Source: Camelus dromedarius (Eukaryota). From it: a stretch of DNA of 64,000 nt. The notes beneath the pieces were generated by a model that made no database searches, was not told where the DNA came from, and saw only the letters and a program-made list of their open reading frames with translations. The position numbers and the translations under genes are program-made. Below, piece by piece: positions 1 to 12,149 of the stretch. The stretch is taken from positions 89,530,001 through 89,594,000 of the forward strand of contig NC_087436.1 of NCBI RefSeq assembly GCF_036321535.1, read 5' to 3'. How positions within the stretch are numbered: the first letter of the stretch is position 1; each line of letters starts with the position of its first letter.

Positions 1-469
1 GTTCACTGAAACTTTAGTATGCATTCTGAAAACTCTTTGTTTTGATCAGTTTTTACTTCTGTGGCTCTCCCACTGGGAAATTGTACTCGCTCTTTGTTTA
101 ATTTAGGTGTTACATAAATATGTTGAAATGCTCCACTATTTCAGTTCCTACTGTGAAAATATTTTGTAAGCAGCAGTATTAAAACACTTTTTTTCTCCTA
201 GCTATATAGATCATAGGAATTTGAAAGCAGGAAGAGAGTGTAAAACTTATCCTGTACACTTTCCCATGACACCACTGGGGCTTAGAAAAGAAAATGGTGT
301 GCCCACAGCTCACCTCAAGGTCAGAGAACCTCAACTAGGGCCCAGCATTCGTGACTCCAATTCAAACTGATGTTTAAATTTCAAATAGTAATACAGCTTT
401 TTATGATGCTGTAAGCAAATAAAATGGATTTCAGTGAAATAGTTATGTTCTCCACTTCATAATCTAAAT

Positions 470-660
470 CGACTAGTATTTGTTAAACTTACTATGTGGT
501 TTTAGTTTATTCTCACAAGAACCATATGGGGCAAGTATTACTATTATCCTCATTTTAGACTAGGGAAATCTGAGTAACTTGCTGGGAGTTAGCCAGTGAT
601 GGTGGAGGTGAGATTTCCACTCTGGTGGAACCTCTAGGCCACCTGCCTTACCATCATATG
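470..660 (-). mobile_element. MIR SINE, decayed
   Basis: MIR core-like 'attattatcctcattttagactagggaaatctgag...taacttgc', preceded by 'tatttgttaaacttactatgtg'. Confidence 0.6.
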
Positions 661-1519
661 CTTATTTTCTCTGTTCTGTTCTGCGTTTGTCATGTCCATA
701 CGTAAGAACTGGTATAATGTCAAAGTTTCCAGTCTTTCTATCTGTGATTGCATGAAGTTTAACTTTTAAAGTTAAAAGTTTCTACCTTCATTGCACAGTT
801 CCATCAAACTGCATCTCCATAGTTCCAACTATTTCTGATCCTATTCACCATTTCATCTATCTGTGAAATTCTGAAATTACTAAGTGGTGATTTTCTTCCA
901 CTGTGGATATACCTTATTGATGTTTGCCACTTTAAAAACAAACAAAAACTCTTCAGCTATGATGACTTTGGATAAGTAAAATAATTCTTTTTAATAACTT
1001 TGCTTCAAGTCTTCTCAATTACTCAAAAAATCTCATTTTTCTCTTAGGAGTAGTTTTGGTTTTTGACTCTTAATTTCACCCTTTTTATGAGAAGAGTGCC
1101 TGATGGGATGAAAACTTGTGCACTTTCTATTCAAGAGAGAATTTTCAGTTTAACTTTTTAATGTCCTCATGTTTGCAAAAGCTTATCCAGTGCTGGATGA
1201 TGCACTGTGTAAGGAGACGGAAGGAATAGAAACTGTACTTTGCAGTTGAGAAGTAAAACATACGAACAACTGGGCAAATAACTTAAGTCTTTATAAGGTA
1301 AGGCTGATTAGTGAACATCAGTGTCCCAATCCTGTAGTGCTGAGCTGAGGTGAGTGTGTGGAGTGAAGCACAGCTGAGTCAGGTGATGTTAATCAAGGGC
1401 TTTGGAAAAGGATACTGTTCAATCCTAGTACTGTAGTCAGATCCTCTACCTGGCGCTCATTCCTCACTGATCTGTAAGAACTTGGAGGAAGCACATAGTT
1501 CAGATCCTAAGCTAATTTT

Positions 1520-1915
1520 TTTTAGAACACTTTATTTTTCTGATTAAAAAACAAAACCAGACTTAACTGTAAATATTTTAAAACTATAAAAAAAGTATGA
1601 AGAAAAATATTGTCATCCAACATAAAATACCTTGTAAACAGTTAATGGTCTTTTTCTCCAGGTCCATGTATTTAACTGCCTAAACATTTGTCTTTTGCCT
1701 CTATATTATATTTGTTCAACAAATTTAGGATCATATTGTCTACGTAATTTTTAGCTTTTTTCTCACTTAATCCAAAATACACAAAATATGCACAAAATAA
1801 CGCAAAATACATAACTAATTTGCCGTACATTTAATATTGTTCAAAAACATGTTTTAATGACTTTGTCATATTTTCTTCTGTGATGATAAGCATATTTTGT
1901 TATTCTCCTATTACA
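1520..1915 (-). mobile_element. Old L1 (L1ME-like) 3' UTR fragment
   Basis: 'tttatttttctgattaaaaa...ggatcatattgtctacgtaattttt...tttctcacttaat' resembles the antisense L1ME 3' end. Confidence 0.45.
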
Positions 1916-2870
1916 TATGTTGTCAACTAAAATTTGACAAGGGGGCCAAGAATACTCAATGGGAAAGAATTGACTATTCAATAAATGGTGTTATGAAAAC
2001 TGGACATTTACATGGAAAAGAATGAAATTGGCCCCCTATCTCACACTGCTCACAAAAATTAACTTGAAATGGATCAAAGACTTAAACGTTAACACCTGAA
2101 ATCATAAAACTCCTAGAAAAAATCAGGAAAAAATCTCCTTGACATTGGTGTTGGCAATAATTTTTTGGATATGACACTAAAAGCACAAGCAACAAAAGCA
2201 AGAATAAACAAGTGGAACTACGTCAAACTGAAAAGCTTCTACGCAGCAGAAGAAACAATCAGCAAGTGAAAAGGCAACATACGGAATGGCAGAAAGTATT
2301 TGGAAACCATATAGTACATAAGGGATTAATATTCAAAATATATGAGATTCATACAACTCAGTAGCAAGCCCCCCAAATAATTGGATTAAACAATGGGTAG
2401 AGGACTGAGATAGATGTTTTCCAAAGACAATATGCATATGAAAACAACAGCACATTAAAAGGTGCTCAACATCACTAATCATGAGGGGAAATGCAGGTCA
2501 AAACCACAATGAGATATCACCTCGCCTGTTAGTATGGCTTTTATCAAAAGCCCAAGAGATAAAATGCTGGGAAGGATGTAGCAAAAAGGGAACACTTATG
2601 CAGTACTGGTGATAAAGTAAATTGGTGTAGCACTATGGAAAATGGTATGGAGAGTCCTCAAAAAATTAAAACTTGAATTAACGTATGATCCAGCAATCCC
2701 ACTTCTAAGTATATGTCCTAAAGGAATGAAATCTTTTCCATAGGGAGAGATAGCTGCACTCTCATGTTCATTATAGCATCATTTACAATAGCCAGGCTGT
2801 GGAAACAACCTAAATTTCCGTTGAACCTAAATTTCCGTTGAGGGATGAATAGTTAAGGAAAATGTGGTAT

Positions 2871-3280
2871 ACGAGTTTCTCTCATTATTCGAAAGCAGAG
2901 CATTCCTATGAAACCTTTCTTAAGCCAAAATGGCATAAAGTGAAGCAGCAGTTACCTTGGGATAGACACATCTTGCTAAAGGATGTACAAATTAAATCTA
3001 GATAAAGCACAGATGCTCACAGACACAATTCAAAGCTGTGGTGTCTTGATGCTGAGATCCTGAGTGTAGTTCATGGCGAAGGAGCTTGGGAGCACTACTC
3101 TTGCTGCTCCAGATACACACAGCTTATATAAGGGCCTCACTGCAGAACAAGTGCTGAATGCTATTTTCGCTTTTTGTCTTTTTTCTTAAATGCGAAAAAT
3201 CCTCTTCGAATTTCTTTTGATTAGCAAAAACAAGTACTAAAAGCCAAGGGTGTAAAGCAAACCTTTGAAAAGCAGGAGAT
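2871..3280 (-). mobile_element. Non-autonomous Tigger1-family element (Tigger1a_Art-like) nested in the L1
   Basis: Imperfect terminal inverted repeats ('gtttctctcattattcgaaag' / 'ctttgaaaagcaggagat'); inserted at a TA; internal 'gataaagcacagatgctcacagacacaattcaaagct' matches my recollection of the artiodactyl Tigger1 derivative. Confidence 0.8.
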
Positions 3281-3453
3281 CTATCTATCTATATATCTAT
3301 ATTATTTACATGTAATGTGTGTTATACTACTACATACACTATACTATATACATATAACACTATGTTATAATAATGTAACATAGTATGTTAATTATATTAA
3401 TATATAAGCATTAATGTGTGATATAATTATTAATATATATTATAAATAATATT
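3281..3453. repeat. TA-rich low-complexity tract
   Basis: (TCTA)n followed by degenerate (TA/ATT)n at the L1 'atgtggtata...tattattcagccataaaaagg' site. Confidence 0.8.
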
Positions 3454-3949
3454 ATTCAGCCATAAAAAGGAAGGAAATCCTACCATTTCTAACAACATGG
3501 ATGGACCTTAGGGGTTAGTTGACATAAGTCAGGCAGAGAAAGACAGATACTGTATGATCTCACTTATATGTGGAATCTAAAACAATCTGAACTTAGAAAC
3601 AGAGTAGAATTGCAGAGGGAGAGGAGAATTGGGTGATGATGGTCAAAAGGCACATACTTCCAGTTATAAGATGAATAAAGTCTGGGGATCTAATGTATCA
3701 TATGCTTGAAAACTGCTAAGAGAGATCTGAAATGTTCTCACCACACACACGCAAAATGGTAACTATGTGAGGTGATGGTTGTATTAACTGGCCTTATGTG
3801 ATAATCATTTTGCAATGTATATCAAATCATCGCATTGTACCTCTTAAACTTACACAGTGTTATATGTCAGTTACATTCCACTATGCTGGAAAAAAAGGAT
3901 AAAGCTGTTTTCTTATTAGAACACAGATTTGTATTAAACTGCAAAGCAA

Positions 3950-4340
3950 GTGCTCTTGGGGACTACCTACCTTCTTGGATTCTGCATGGACCAAAACAGC
4001 TGTGATGGCAACTCTACTAACTTCTATGCCTGTATTCCCTAGTAACTTGTATTACTTCTTTATTCCTCTGTCACCTTCAATTCTGTCACTGCTCTATCTT
4101 CTTGACATTTCTTAGTTTGAATCCAAAGACAAAGAAATACATTGGCCCCAGCGTTTTGTTTTTAATTGAACCAATTCTCATTTAATGTCACAAGCCAACC
4201 CAATGGATTCACTGCCCTTGGGTTAGATGCCTAGCCCAGGACCATTGAGTTCTGGTCCTGTTGGGACATGGACATGTGGTGCAAAGCCTGGCTGCCCAGT
4301 GATTGTATGCATTAGGGATAATGGCTTCAGCAGCTTGCTG
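3950..4340 (-). mobile_element. Ancient MaLR LTR fragment (MLT1K/J-like)
   Basis: 'cccttgggttagatgcctagcccagg...gacatgtggtgcaaagcctggctgcc' resembles old MLT1 LTRs. Confidence 0.4.
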
Positions 4341-5620
4341 TGGTACTGGCAGGCAATGCAATATGGCCTATGTAGAGAAGCAATTTGTTCTCACTAATAT
4401 AGCGCTGGTTAAGAAGTATGCTTTTTTCACAATGTTAGTAATTAATTTACATTTTGCAGTGTTTTATAGGCTAAAATTGTGTTCACTTAATGTATCTTCA
4501 TGTGATACTTTATATTAAAATAAAGTCTTACCCTTTAGAGGAGTGGAAAATAGATATTAATATTGAGGCATGTTTTTTCATGTGAGATAAATACATTGTG
4601 CATTTTGAAAAGTGCAATACATTTATGTTCATTTAGCGGTCTGCTTTTTTTTCCTTCCATTCTTGAAAATGCTCACCAACTTGTTCTAATAAATAATAAT
4701 TATTCCTGGTATAATAAAGGCATCAATAACACAGAGAGTAATAGTTGATAGAATCACAGCAGAAATCCTGGAAAGAGCTGTATATTTCAATCCAACACCT
4801 TAATTTTACCAATTCTGTGTCAATGTATCCATCTTTCTATAGCCCATTAAGGAAGACATGTGCTCTGATTTTTGCTTTAATCTAATTATCTTTGCAGTAT
4901 ATTCTTAGAACTTATCACTTAGGAAAAACTTTTTTCCTTTCATAAAATGAAGTACTTCTTTTTGTTGGAAATAAGGTTACACAATCTGTATTTCTCTTTT
5001 TATAATAGCTGTGAGAAAGCCCAGGGCTAGATTTAATTTTCAAATACAGTTATAGGACATATTTAAAAATAGTTACTGTCTTCTATTCATTAAACAAATT
5101 GTTGAGTGAAAACTATGGGTTAAACATTGTGTAGGCACTTTTTATTTAGCTGTAGTTTATATATGTTTATCTAATGGTATGTTTCCGTTTGCTTGGCTAA
5201 ATGTGTATTTACATTCTCATGCAAGCCACCTCAATCATTTTGGAAAGTAGCTTTCCAGTCAAGTAATGCTTATTGAGCACATACTATGTGGTAAAAAATA
5301 TTTCAATGAAAAGCTAATAGGAGTAAATGCTATGGAGGAGCATACATTCAAGTGAGGATTGGCCAAAAAAGATTAGGAAAGCTGTTAGTGATAAAATAAG
5401 TTGAAAACTCCTCCATGTCATAATTTACTCTTACACTTCCTTTTGCCTCACAGTGCTAAGGACATTACTGAGAGTAATGAAGACTGCTAACCTGAACAAA
5501 CGGAAATATAGAAGCAACTGATTAAATTTTAGCCTTGATAATGGAGCAAAACCTGGGGAAAAGCTGATGGTGCAAGGGGAAGAGTTGTATTGCCAGGTTA
5601 GACAGAGTGTGTATAGAGTA

Positions 5621-5647
5621 TACACACACACACACACACACACACAC
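5621..5647. repeat. (AC)n microsatellite
   Basis: Direct reading. Confidence 0.95.
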
Positions 5648-5750
5648 TAAAGATATATAATATTTATATGCAAGTATACATATATACACACTATATACAT
5701 AAGTTAGGGAAGAGTAAATGTGTATATATGTGTATATGTTTATATATATA

Positions 5751-5970
5751 TTTGACCCTTGAACAACACAGGTTTGAATTGCACAGGTCCACTTATAGGT
5801 ATATTTGTTTCAATGCTGCAATACTACATGATCTGTAGTTGGTTGAGTCCGCAGTATGGAACCGAGAATATGGGGGAACCATAGATACAAAGGGTTGACT
5901 GTAAAGGTATAGGAGAATTTTCAGCTGCTCTGAGGGTTGGCACCCATAGTCCCTGTGTTGTTCAAGAATC

Positions 5971-5974
<4 letters not shown>
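5751..5974 (+). mobile_element. Tigger2-derived MITE (MER8/Tigger2a-like)
   Basis: Terminal inverted repeats 'ttgacccttgaacaacacagg' ... 'cctgtgttgttcaagaatcaactg'; ~220 bp; sits in a TA/TG repeat context. Confidence 0.88.
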
Positions 5975-6004
<30 letters not shown>

Positions 6005-6018
6005 TTGTGTGTGTGTGT
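5973..6018. repeat. (GT)n microsatellite, interrupted
   Basis: Direct reading. Confidence 0.95.
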
Positions 6019-6989
6019 ACACATAACACATAACTATACAGACATAGATAAATAATATTGAGGACATAAAAGAAAAAGGGATACAGTTTAGATAGTATTG
6101 TTCTTATAGAACAGGAGCATTGAATACTGGTGTATTTTTTGTCCAATTTGCCCCTCTGTATAACTAAATAAGTGCTCAATATATCTTCACTGAATGAATG
6201 AATAAGAAAGAAATTGCTTTCAAAGCATTTACAGGAAAATAGGATGCTCACTGTAGATAAATCTAAATAAAAGCTGAATACTAATCACATTAGGGCACAA
6301 CACAGTCTTTGATTGTGTGACAGTGCTTTATAAATAGTGTAAGTTTGCATACAAATTATAGATGTACAGAAAGCGGCAGGGCAGCCTCTTTCACTGAGCT
6401 CTACCTAGTTAATTCAGGGCCTTGTGCATAATATATGCTCATTAGATTTGGTTGTATTGATTTTTTTTAAAAAAGCACATTAAAAGCCAATCTAAGCATG
6501 TCTAAAAACAAAAGTTTAAAAATAGGTTATGTTAGCTACTTAGTAATTAAAATGAACTGACTGTGATTAGTATTAAGTGTTAGCCAGTTTTGAAATACCA
6601 ACTATCACATCTTTATAAACAGTGAATCAGCACAGCTCCGGCACTAATTGGGTCTTCCAGGGAGCCTGATAAAGCTGAATGTCTTTTACTGAGCAGTGCC
6701 TCTGACCACTGGCTCCTCGGAAGGAGGCTGGAATGGAGGTGGCTCAGACTCGGCTTCTCACGTCCCTTTCAGTGGTGACTACCTTAGGGTCTCTCTAGCA
6801 GGTCAGCAGACTCAACTTTCTCTCTGCTGTTTCTCTCTGTTTCAGATTTCTCTGAGGAAGCTGGCAATAGCCTCTTGGAGAAACGCTTTTCTTCTGGTTT
6901 TCTTCCTACCTCGCCAGTCTCTCTTCCTTGGCCTTTTCCCTGGCTCTGTTGTAGCTCTCTGGCCTCTAAATATTGTAGTAGCTCAGGAC

Positions 6990-7560
6990 TTGCGTTTGTT
7001 TTTTTATCAGTGCATAACAAATTACCTCAAACTTAGAGGACTGAAACAACATACATACTATCTCCATTTCTTTGGATCAGAAGTCTGGGCACAGCTAGGT
7101 TTTCTGTAAGACTGCAATCAGGGTGTCAGCTGGCGCTTGGGGTATTATCTGAATATTTGCCTAGAGAAGAATTTATTCCCAAGCTTGAACAGGTTGTTGG
7201 CAGAGTTTATTATCTTAAGGCGTAGTAGTAAGGCTTCATTTCTAGTTGGTTGGAGGCTGGAGGCCTTACATGCTGCCGGGTAGAGGCTTCCCTCAATTCT
7301 TTGTCCAGTGGATTCCTCAACATGGCTGTTTGCTTCACAGAAGTCAGTTAGTGAAGATAAAACTCCAGCACGATGGGCCCTATAACCTTATAATGTAAAA
7401 ATGTGATCACACGGCATCATTCACATACCTGCTGTCATACAGTCTGTTGGTTTGAAGCAGGTTACAGATCCTGCTCACACTCTGGGGAATGGGAATCATA
7501 CAAGGACATGACCATCAGGAGACAGGGATGATGGAGGCACCCACGAGTCTACCCACACCA
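6990..7560 (-). mobile_element. MaLR solo LTR (MLT1E/F-like)
   Basis: 'gcataacaaattacctcaaacttagaggactgaaacaaca...gaagcaggttacagatcctgctcacactctgggg...ctacccacacca'. Confidence 0.85.
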
Positions 7561-7574
7561 GGGCTAGTCTTTGT

Positions 7575-7925
7575 CAACTCTTTTCTCGGTCTGCACTCAC
7601 GTCCACTTGAGTCTCATGGCTTTAAATGCTGTCAGTGAGTCGACAACCCTCAGTTTTATGTTTAGAACTTGATACCCTTCTCTAAACTCCATCCCGATCC
7701 AGCCAACTGCTTACTTTATACTGTTCCTCTTGGCTATGTCTGATAGGCATTTCAAAATTCACATATCCAAAGTCAAAATTGTTATTTCCCCTAAACGTCA
7801 AAATAACCTGCTTTCCCCATAGTTTCCCAGTGCCACCAAATGGCAACTCTATCCTTTCAGTTACTCAGATCAAAAACTTTTGTGTCATCCTTGATGCTTC
7901 CTGTTCTCTCATACCCAATATCCAA
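7575..7925 (+). mobile_element. L2 LINE fragment
   Basis: 'ctcatggctttaaat', 'aggcatttcaaaattcacatatccaaa', 'gtcatccttgatgcttcctgttctctcatacccaatatccaa'. Confidence 0.8.
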
Positions 7926-7931
7926 TTTGTT

Positions 7932-8403
7932 ATTTTTTTTTTTAATTCACCATTTCTTGGTTAGTATCCTTATCTTCAGGTGGCACAAGGACCTGATCTA
8001 AGATATAGGTTACTTGGTGGCTCTCTGGCAACCATTCCCATCCTAATGGGAAGTGTACTCTATCTCCATTTTCTACCAACCAACTTAGGGCCTGCTTCTA
8101 ACAGGATGGGCAACATGAAACTCCAACCCATCACTCTGACTTTGCTGTTGATGGAAATTCTTGTGGTTTTACAATACGCCAGATTGGTTCATGTCAGATG
8201 TTGCTTCTCACCAAACAAGGCTGCATTTGCCTTAATGAACCTCTCAGTAGTAGCTTTCACTCCAAAGATTAAGAAGGGGTAATGCAGGTAACGGTAGGCA
8301 CCTGACCCCTCTCCTGACATAGTCTCCCTGCAGGGTTTTCTTCTCTGGGGCCTGGCCTCTTTCCAGACTGAGTTCTTTTTTTTTTCTTCCTTCTCACCCA
8401 CAT
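7932..8403 (-). pseudogene. Possible decayed retroposed coding fragment of unidentified origin
   Basis: One minus-strand frame runs ~140 codons (8401-7980) with only two internal stops (TGA, TAG). It is followed by an A-run (plus-strand T-run 7933-7943) abutting the L2, and has higher GC than its flanks. Parent not identified. Confidence 0.35.
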
Positions 8404-9561
8404 TTTTGAAAACTGTTAATATGTATTTCTGGGTGGGTAGGACTCCCTATCATTCACATACATTAGGTCTAAAACAGTAAATAAATGTATCATTTTTTTC
8501 AGGTGTATTTTTACTTTAAACTTTTGTTATAGAATGAGAAGAAAAGTTCCTGTCCCCGGGACTGGAGACATTAGTGTGATGGTGTGTTTGATTTAGAGCA
8601 CAAACTACATAAAGGTTTGAGCCTGCTTCCCTGAACGTAACATTCTCCTGCATACTCTTCTCCACACATAGTAGGTAAACCTTGACCAGAACTCACCCCG
8701 TTTGAACTTGGGCACAGGTGAACAGTGACTCGTGGAAGCGGCTGACAGCTAAAAGGGGTTATCTCAACTACATGGGTTGAGAAAAATTTACAAACTCCTT
8801 TTCTACCACTGTAGGAAGACAGGTAGCTATGTCTTCTTCCTTCTACATACTTTGTGATTCTTTCCTTTCAACTTTAAGTTACTTCTTATGTTTAATCAGG
8901 TGTCACATATATAAAAATACATACTGTTGGTGGAGTAGTTTATGATGATTTTCTCTGGGTGATATAGCCCACCCTTTCCTTTAGACTTTTTCTATTTCCT
9001 TGAAACCTCACACTTATTTTCTAATTATATTTTTAGGAACCTGAATCTTGAACTTCCTGAGGAGAGCATCTGAGCTTCAGAGTTCCTACAAGGTAATGAC
9101 AAAATATGAAAAAGGCCCAGTATACTCACATTAAAATTTCACTGTGAGTGAAATTTTAGATAATTTTGAGAATCTCCTCCTTTTTATGAAAGAACAAAAA
9201 AACTAAAGAAATTTTGTAAAAACTTGACAAGGAAACCATTTTAAAATTTTTGTACTCTTAAGCATTCTACTTATTATTCAAAACTAGCCCAGTCACAGAA
9301 AGAATAAGAGAGATGCTAGTCTAAATAGACAAATGTTTCCAAAATAAGATGTTTTCTATCAGCCGAAAATGTTTTACTTAAAAGACTAACTTGATAGTCT
9401 TAACAACGCAAGCAGTTGGATGCAAAAGAAAATGTGTGTCTTACCAGTAAACATTTTGGAGAGATGAGTATTTGTTGCAAGTATTATACCTGCTTAGAAA
9501 AATCATTTTGGCCAGATGAGGCCACCATGTGTTTTAAAATGTCATTCATCATTTCAGTGTT

Positions 9562-9580
9562 AAGAGCGCCCCCTGGTGTG
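9562..9580 (-). promoter_or_regulatory. CTCF binding motif
   Basis: 'aagagcgccccctggtgtg'; reverse complement CACACCAGGGGGCGCTCTT closely matches the CTCF core CCACCAGGGGGCGC, CpG retained in an AT-rich context. Confidence 0.75.
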
Positions 9581-9661
9581 ATTGTATAATCATGTTTTTG
9601 AGAAATTTAGGCACTATTTTTTTTAATTTAATTTTTAAAAATACTCATTGAATACTTTTCC

Positions 9662-9822
9662 TTTTTTATTGAAATATAGCTAATTTATAATATTATGTTA
9701 TTTTCAGTTGTACAGATTAGTGATTCAGTATTTTTGCACATTATATTCTTATGAATTATTACAAGATAATGGCTGTAATTCCCTGTGCTATGCAGTATAC
9801 CCTTGTTGCTTATCTATTTTGG
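9662..9822 (-). mobile_element. Short L1 3'-end insertion (artiodactyl-type)
   Basis: 'ttttattgaaatatagctaatttataatattatgtta...ttccctgtgctatgcagtatacccttgttgcttatctatttt'. Confidence 0.85.
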
Positions 9823-10769
9823 ACACTGTTTTTAACATTTCATTTTGCTATTATGTAGGCCTTCTTTTTATACTATATTGACCTGGTCAGTGTGCTGTGT
9901 AACTATCTAGAAATAATGAATTTAATTTTTTCTTTATCTATGGTTATATCTGGAATCAGTGGTTAGCTCGAAAGTAGAATTTGGAAATACTAATTCCTAA
10001 ACTCCTTCAGTTCAAGTTGATGACCAATAATATATCCTTTGGTAAGCATGAAATTATATACTGAGATAAAAGTGTACAGGATAATCAAATTCTTTGGTGT
10101 TAATAACTTTGTTAAGTGGCAAATTACTATGAACAGTTTCTTTTTTGGTAATATGGGCACTTTAATGATTAAACATGAGAATTCAAACATTACATTTTGT
10201 TTTGAAATACTCATTGTGTGAAAAAAATAATCCCCCTATAACCACAGAACTTGCCAATGTAAATACAATAATTCATCCTTGAGTCATAAATAGAGCTCTC
10301 ATCTATCTCCTGAAATCACCCCACTCCTATAAATTCTCATTCAAACTTGGCAGAAGAGTGCCTATTTTATAACTGTCATTTTTTCTTGCATTTAATATTT
10401 AGTACTTTGGGAATAATTAAACCATCCTTGCAAAGTGAAAGTGTGCGTAATATTTTAAACTACATTTCTGTACATTTGATAATTGCAATTATACTTCCCC
10501 CTACTGTCCCTTCTCTACACTTAAATTATCTTGATGGTTTTAACCATTTCTTACACCATTTCTTATAGGTTCTATTCTAAACTTGGTCATTTGTAGGGCT
10601 ATCATACTGAGCTGTTTGGAGTAGAATGCTTTTACTTTCATTTTCTACTGTATGTTCCCTCTTTCATTGACTTCTGAAGCCATAAGCTCAGCACAGTATT
10701 ACATTAAATCCTAGCCTGTTGAAAGGATGTTTTCTAAAATATAGAATGAAAAAAATATCAGAGTAGCGA

Positions 10770-11120
10770 ACCTACCATGGTAGACCTGTGTTTGAATTTG
10801 GTTTTCAAATTTACTAGCATTGTGACCTTGGAGAAGTTAATCTTTTCTCCTGTAAAAAGAGGATGCAAATCACTGCTTTGCAGAATGTTATTAATTCATC
10901 CTTTATATTAATATATATTGAACATTTACTCTTTGCCAGATTTGGGGCCAGTTGCCTCATGAACATTTACTTCTCACAACAATTCTGTGAACTAGGTGAT
11001 ATTATTTTTATATTATTGATGAGGCTTAGAGAGTCTAAGAAACTGGGTAAGTTCAAAAGCCAAGATTCTAGTCAAGGTCTTTCTGACTTTAACTGAGCTT
11101 GTAACCACTATGCTTTGTAT
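10770..11120. mobile_element. Two adjacent MIR fragments in opposite orientation
   Basis: 'tttactagcattgtgaccttggagaagtta' (+), then 'ttattgatgaggcttagagag...ttcaaaagccaagattc' (-). Confidence 0.6.
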
Positions 11121-12149
11121 TTGTTTTAATCGTACTTATTCATTTCTGCTAATATGTCAATTTCACCGTCCTTAAGGTCAAATAATCTTCCAATACACAA
11201 ACACAGAGGAAACTAGTCTTTTGAAAAAGAAGAGCTGAATTTTTTAATACAGATGCTCTTCTTATCTGGAAACCAGAATTACTTTGGAAATTCATTCTTC
11301 TATACAAGTTTTGCAAACCAGGTGGTGTTACGAGATTCCTTGTTATTAGCATGGTTGAACTGGTAATAGCAGTGACGAGGACTGTTGGGGTGGTGAACCT
11401 TAAGGCACCTTTATGCATAATATAAAGACAGGATAATAGTATGCAAATTTTAGGAACTGTTGCATGCTTCCAGCTCACCATTTGTGCAGGTTTTCTCTGG
11501 AGCTGGGACCACAGTCTATTGCTACGTGCCTTGCTGTTCTTATATAAGTATCTAATTACTTGGATTGACTTTGTGAAGACTGCATCATTTTCTTTATGAT
11601 TTAGGAATTTTCCCTCATATTTTAGATACCAGATTTTATTCTTTAATTGCTATAGAGGCTGATGTAGTAAGTTTTTCATTTCTTTAATAAGTCATTTTGA
11701 AGGCTACTAAATAACTCAGCATGGAAACATGGTGTGAACAAGCTTGTTCTTTGCCTAAGAAAATCTGTGGTTTCATATTATTCCTTTGGTCCTTGAGATT
11801 TGCTCTAGGAAGTAGGCTGTTCAGCCGTGACTCAGGAGCATGTTGTTCGGTTTCTCAATGGCTGAGTGACTTTATTGTTGGAGTTGCGTCCTGCTGTGCT
11901 TGGGTCAGATGTATAGACATTAGTATGAACAGGGCTGCAGGTTATTATGTCTTACTAATGTAGCACACTACCCCAAGCACACACTACCTTTAGGAAAATC
12001 ATCTCAATCATCATTATTGAATCCATGAATAAGTGAAGAAATGGGAGTTATTTTAGTTTTCTACTCTCATTTCTGCCCCATCTCTACACTTATTCCCCTG
12101 CCTGCCTACCACACACGCACACACACACAGCATTTGGTGATTATGTTCT

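Larger units (their letters stand above)
1921..3897 (+). mobile_element. 5'-truncated LINE-1 (L1MA9-like): ORF2 C-terminus plus 3' UTR and A-tail, disrupted
   Basis: ORF2 motifs 'tttgacaagggggccaagaatactcaatggg', 'aatggatcaaagacttaaa', 'tatgatccagcaatcccactt'; 3' UTR 'aaaatggtaactatgtgaggtgatgg...ctatgctggaaaaaaa'; interrupted by a Tigger element and a TA-rich expansion. Confidence 0.93.

Noticed and set aside
2807..2840. 17-bp tandem duplication inside the L1 (similar 17-bp duplication at 41572-41604)
   Set aside because: Real but ordinary slippage duplications; no array or spacer structure, not CRISPR-like
5431..6251. ORFs 5431-5643 and 5793-6251 (152 aa)
   Set aside because: They run through (AC)/(GT) microsatellites and a Tigger2 MITE; the CVCV/HTHT runs are repeat translations
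11149..11481. 110-aa ATG-initiated minus-strand ORF
   Set aside because: No recognisable homology or promoter context; length compatible with chance
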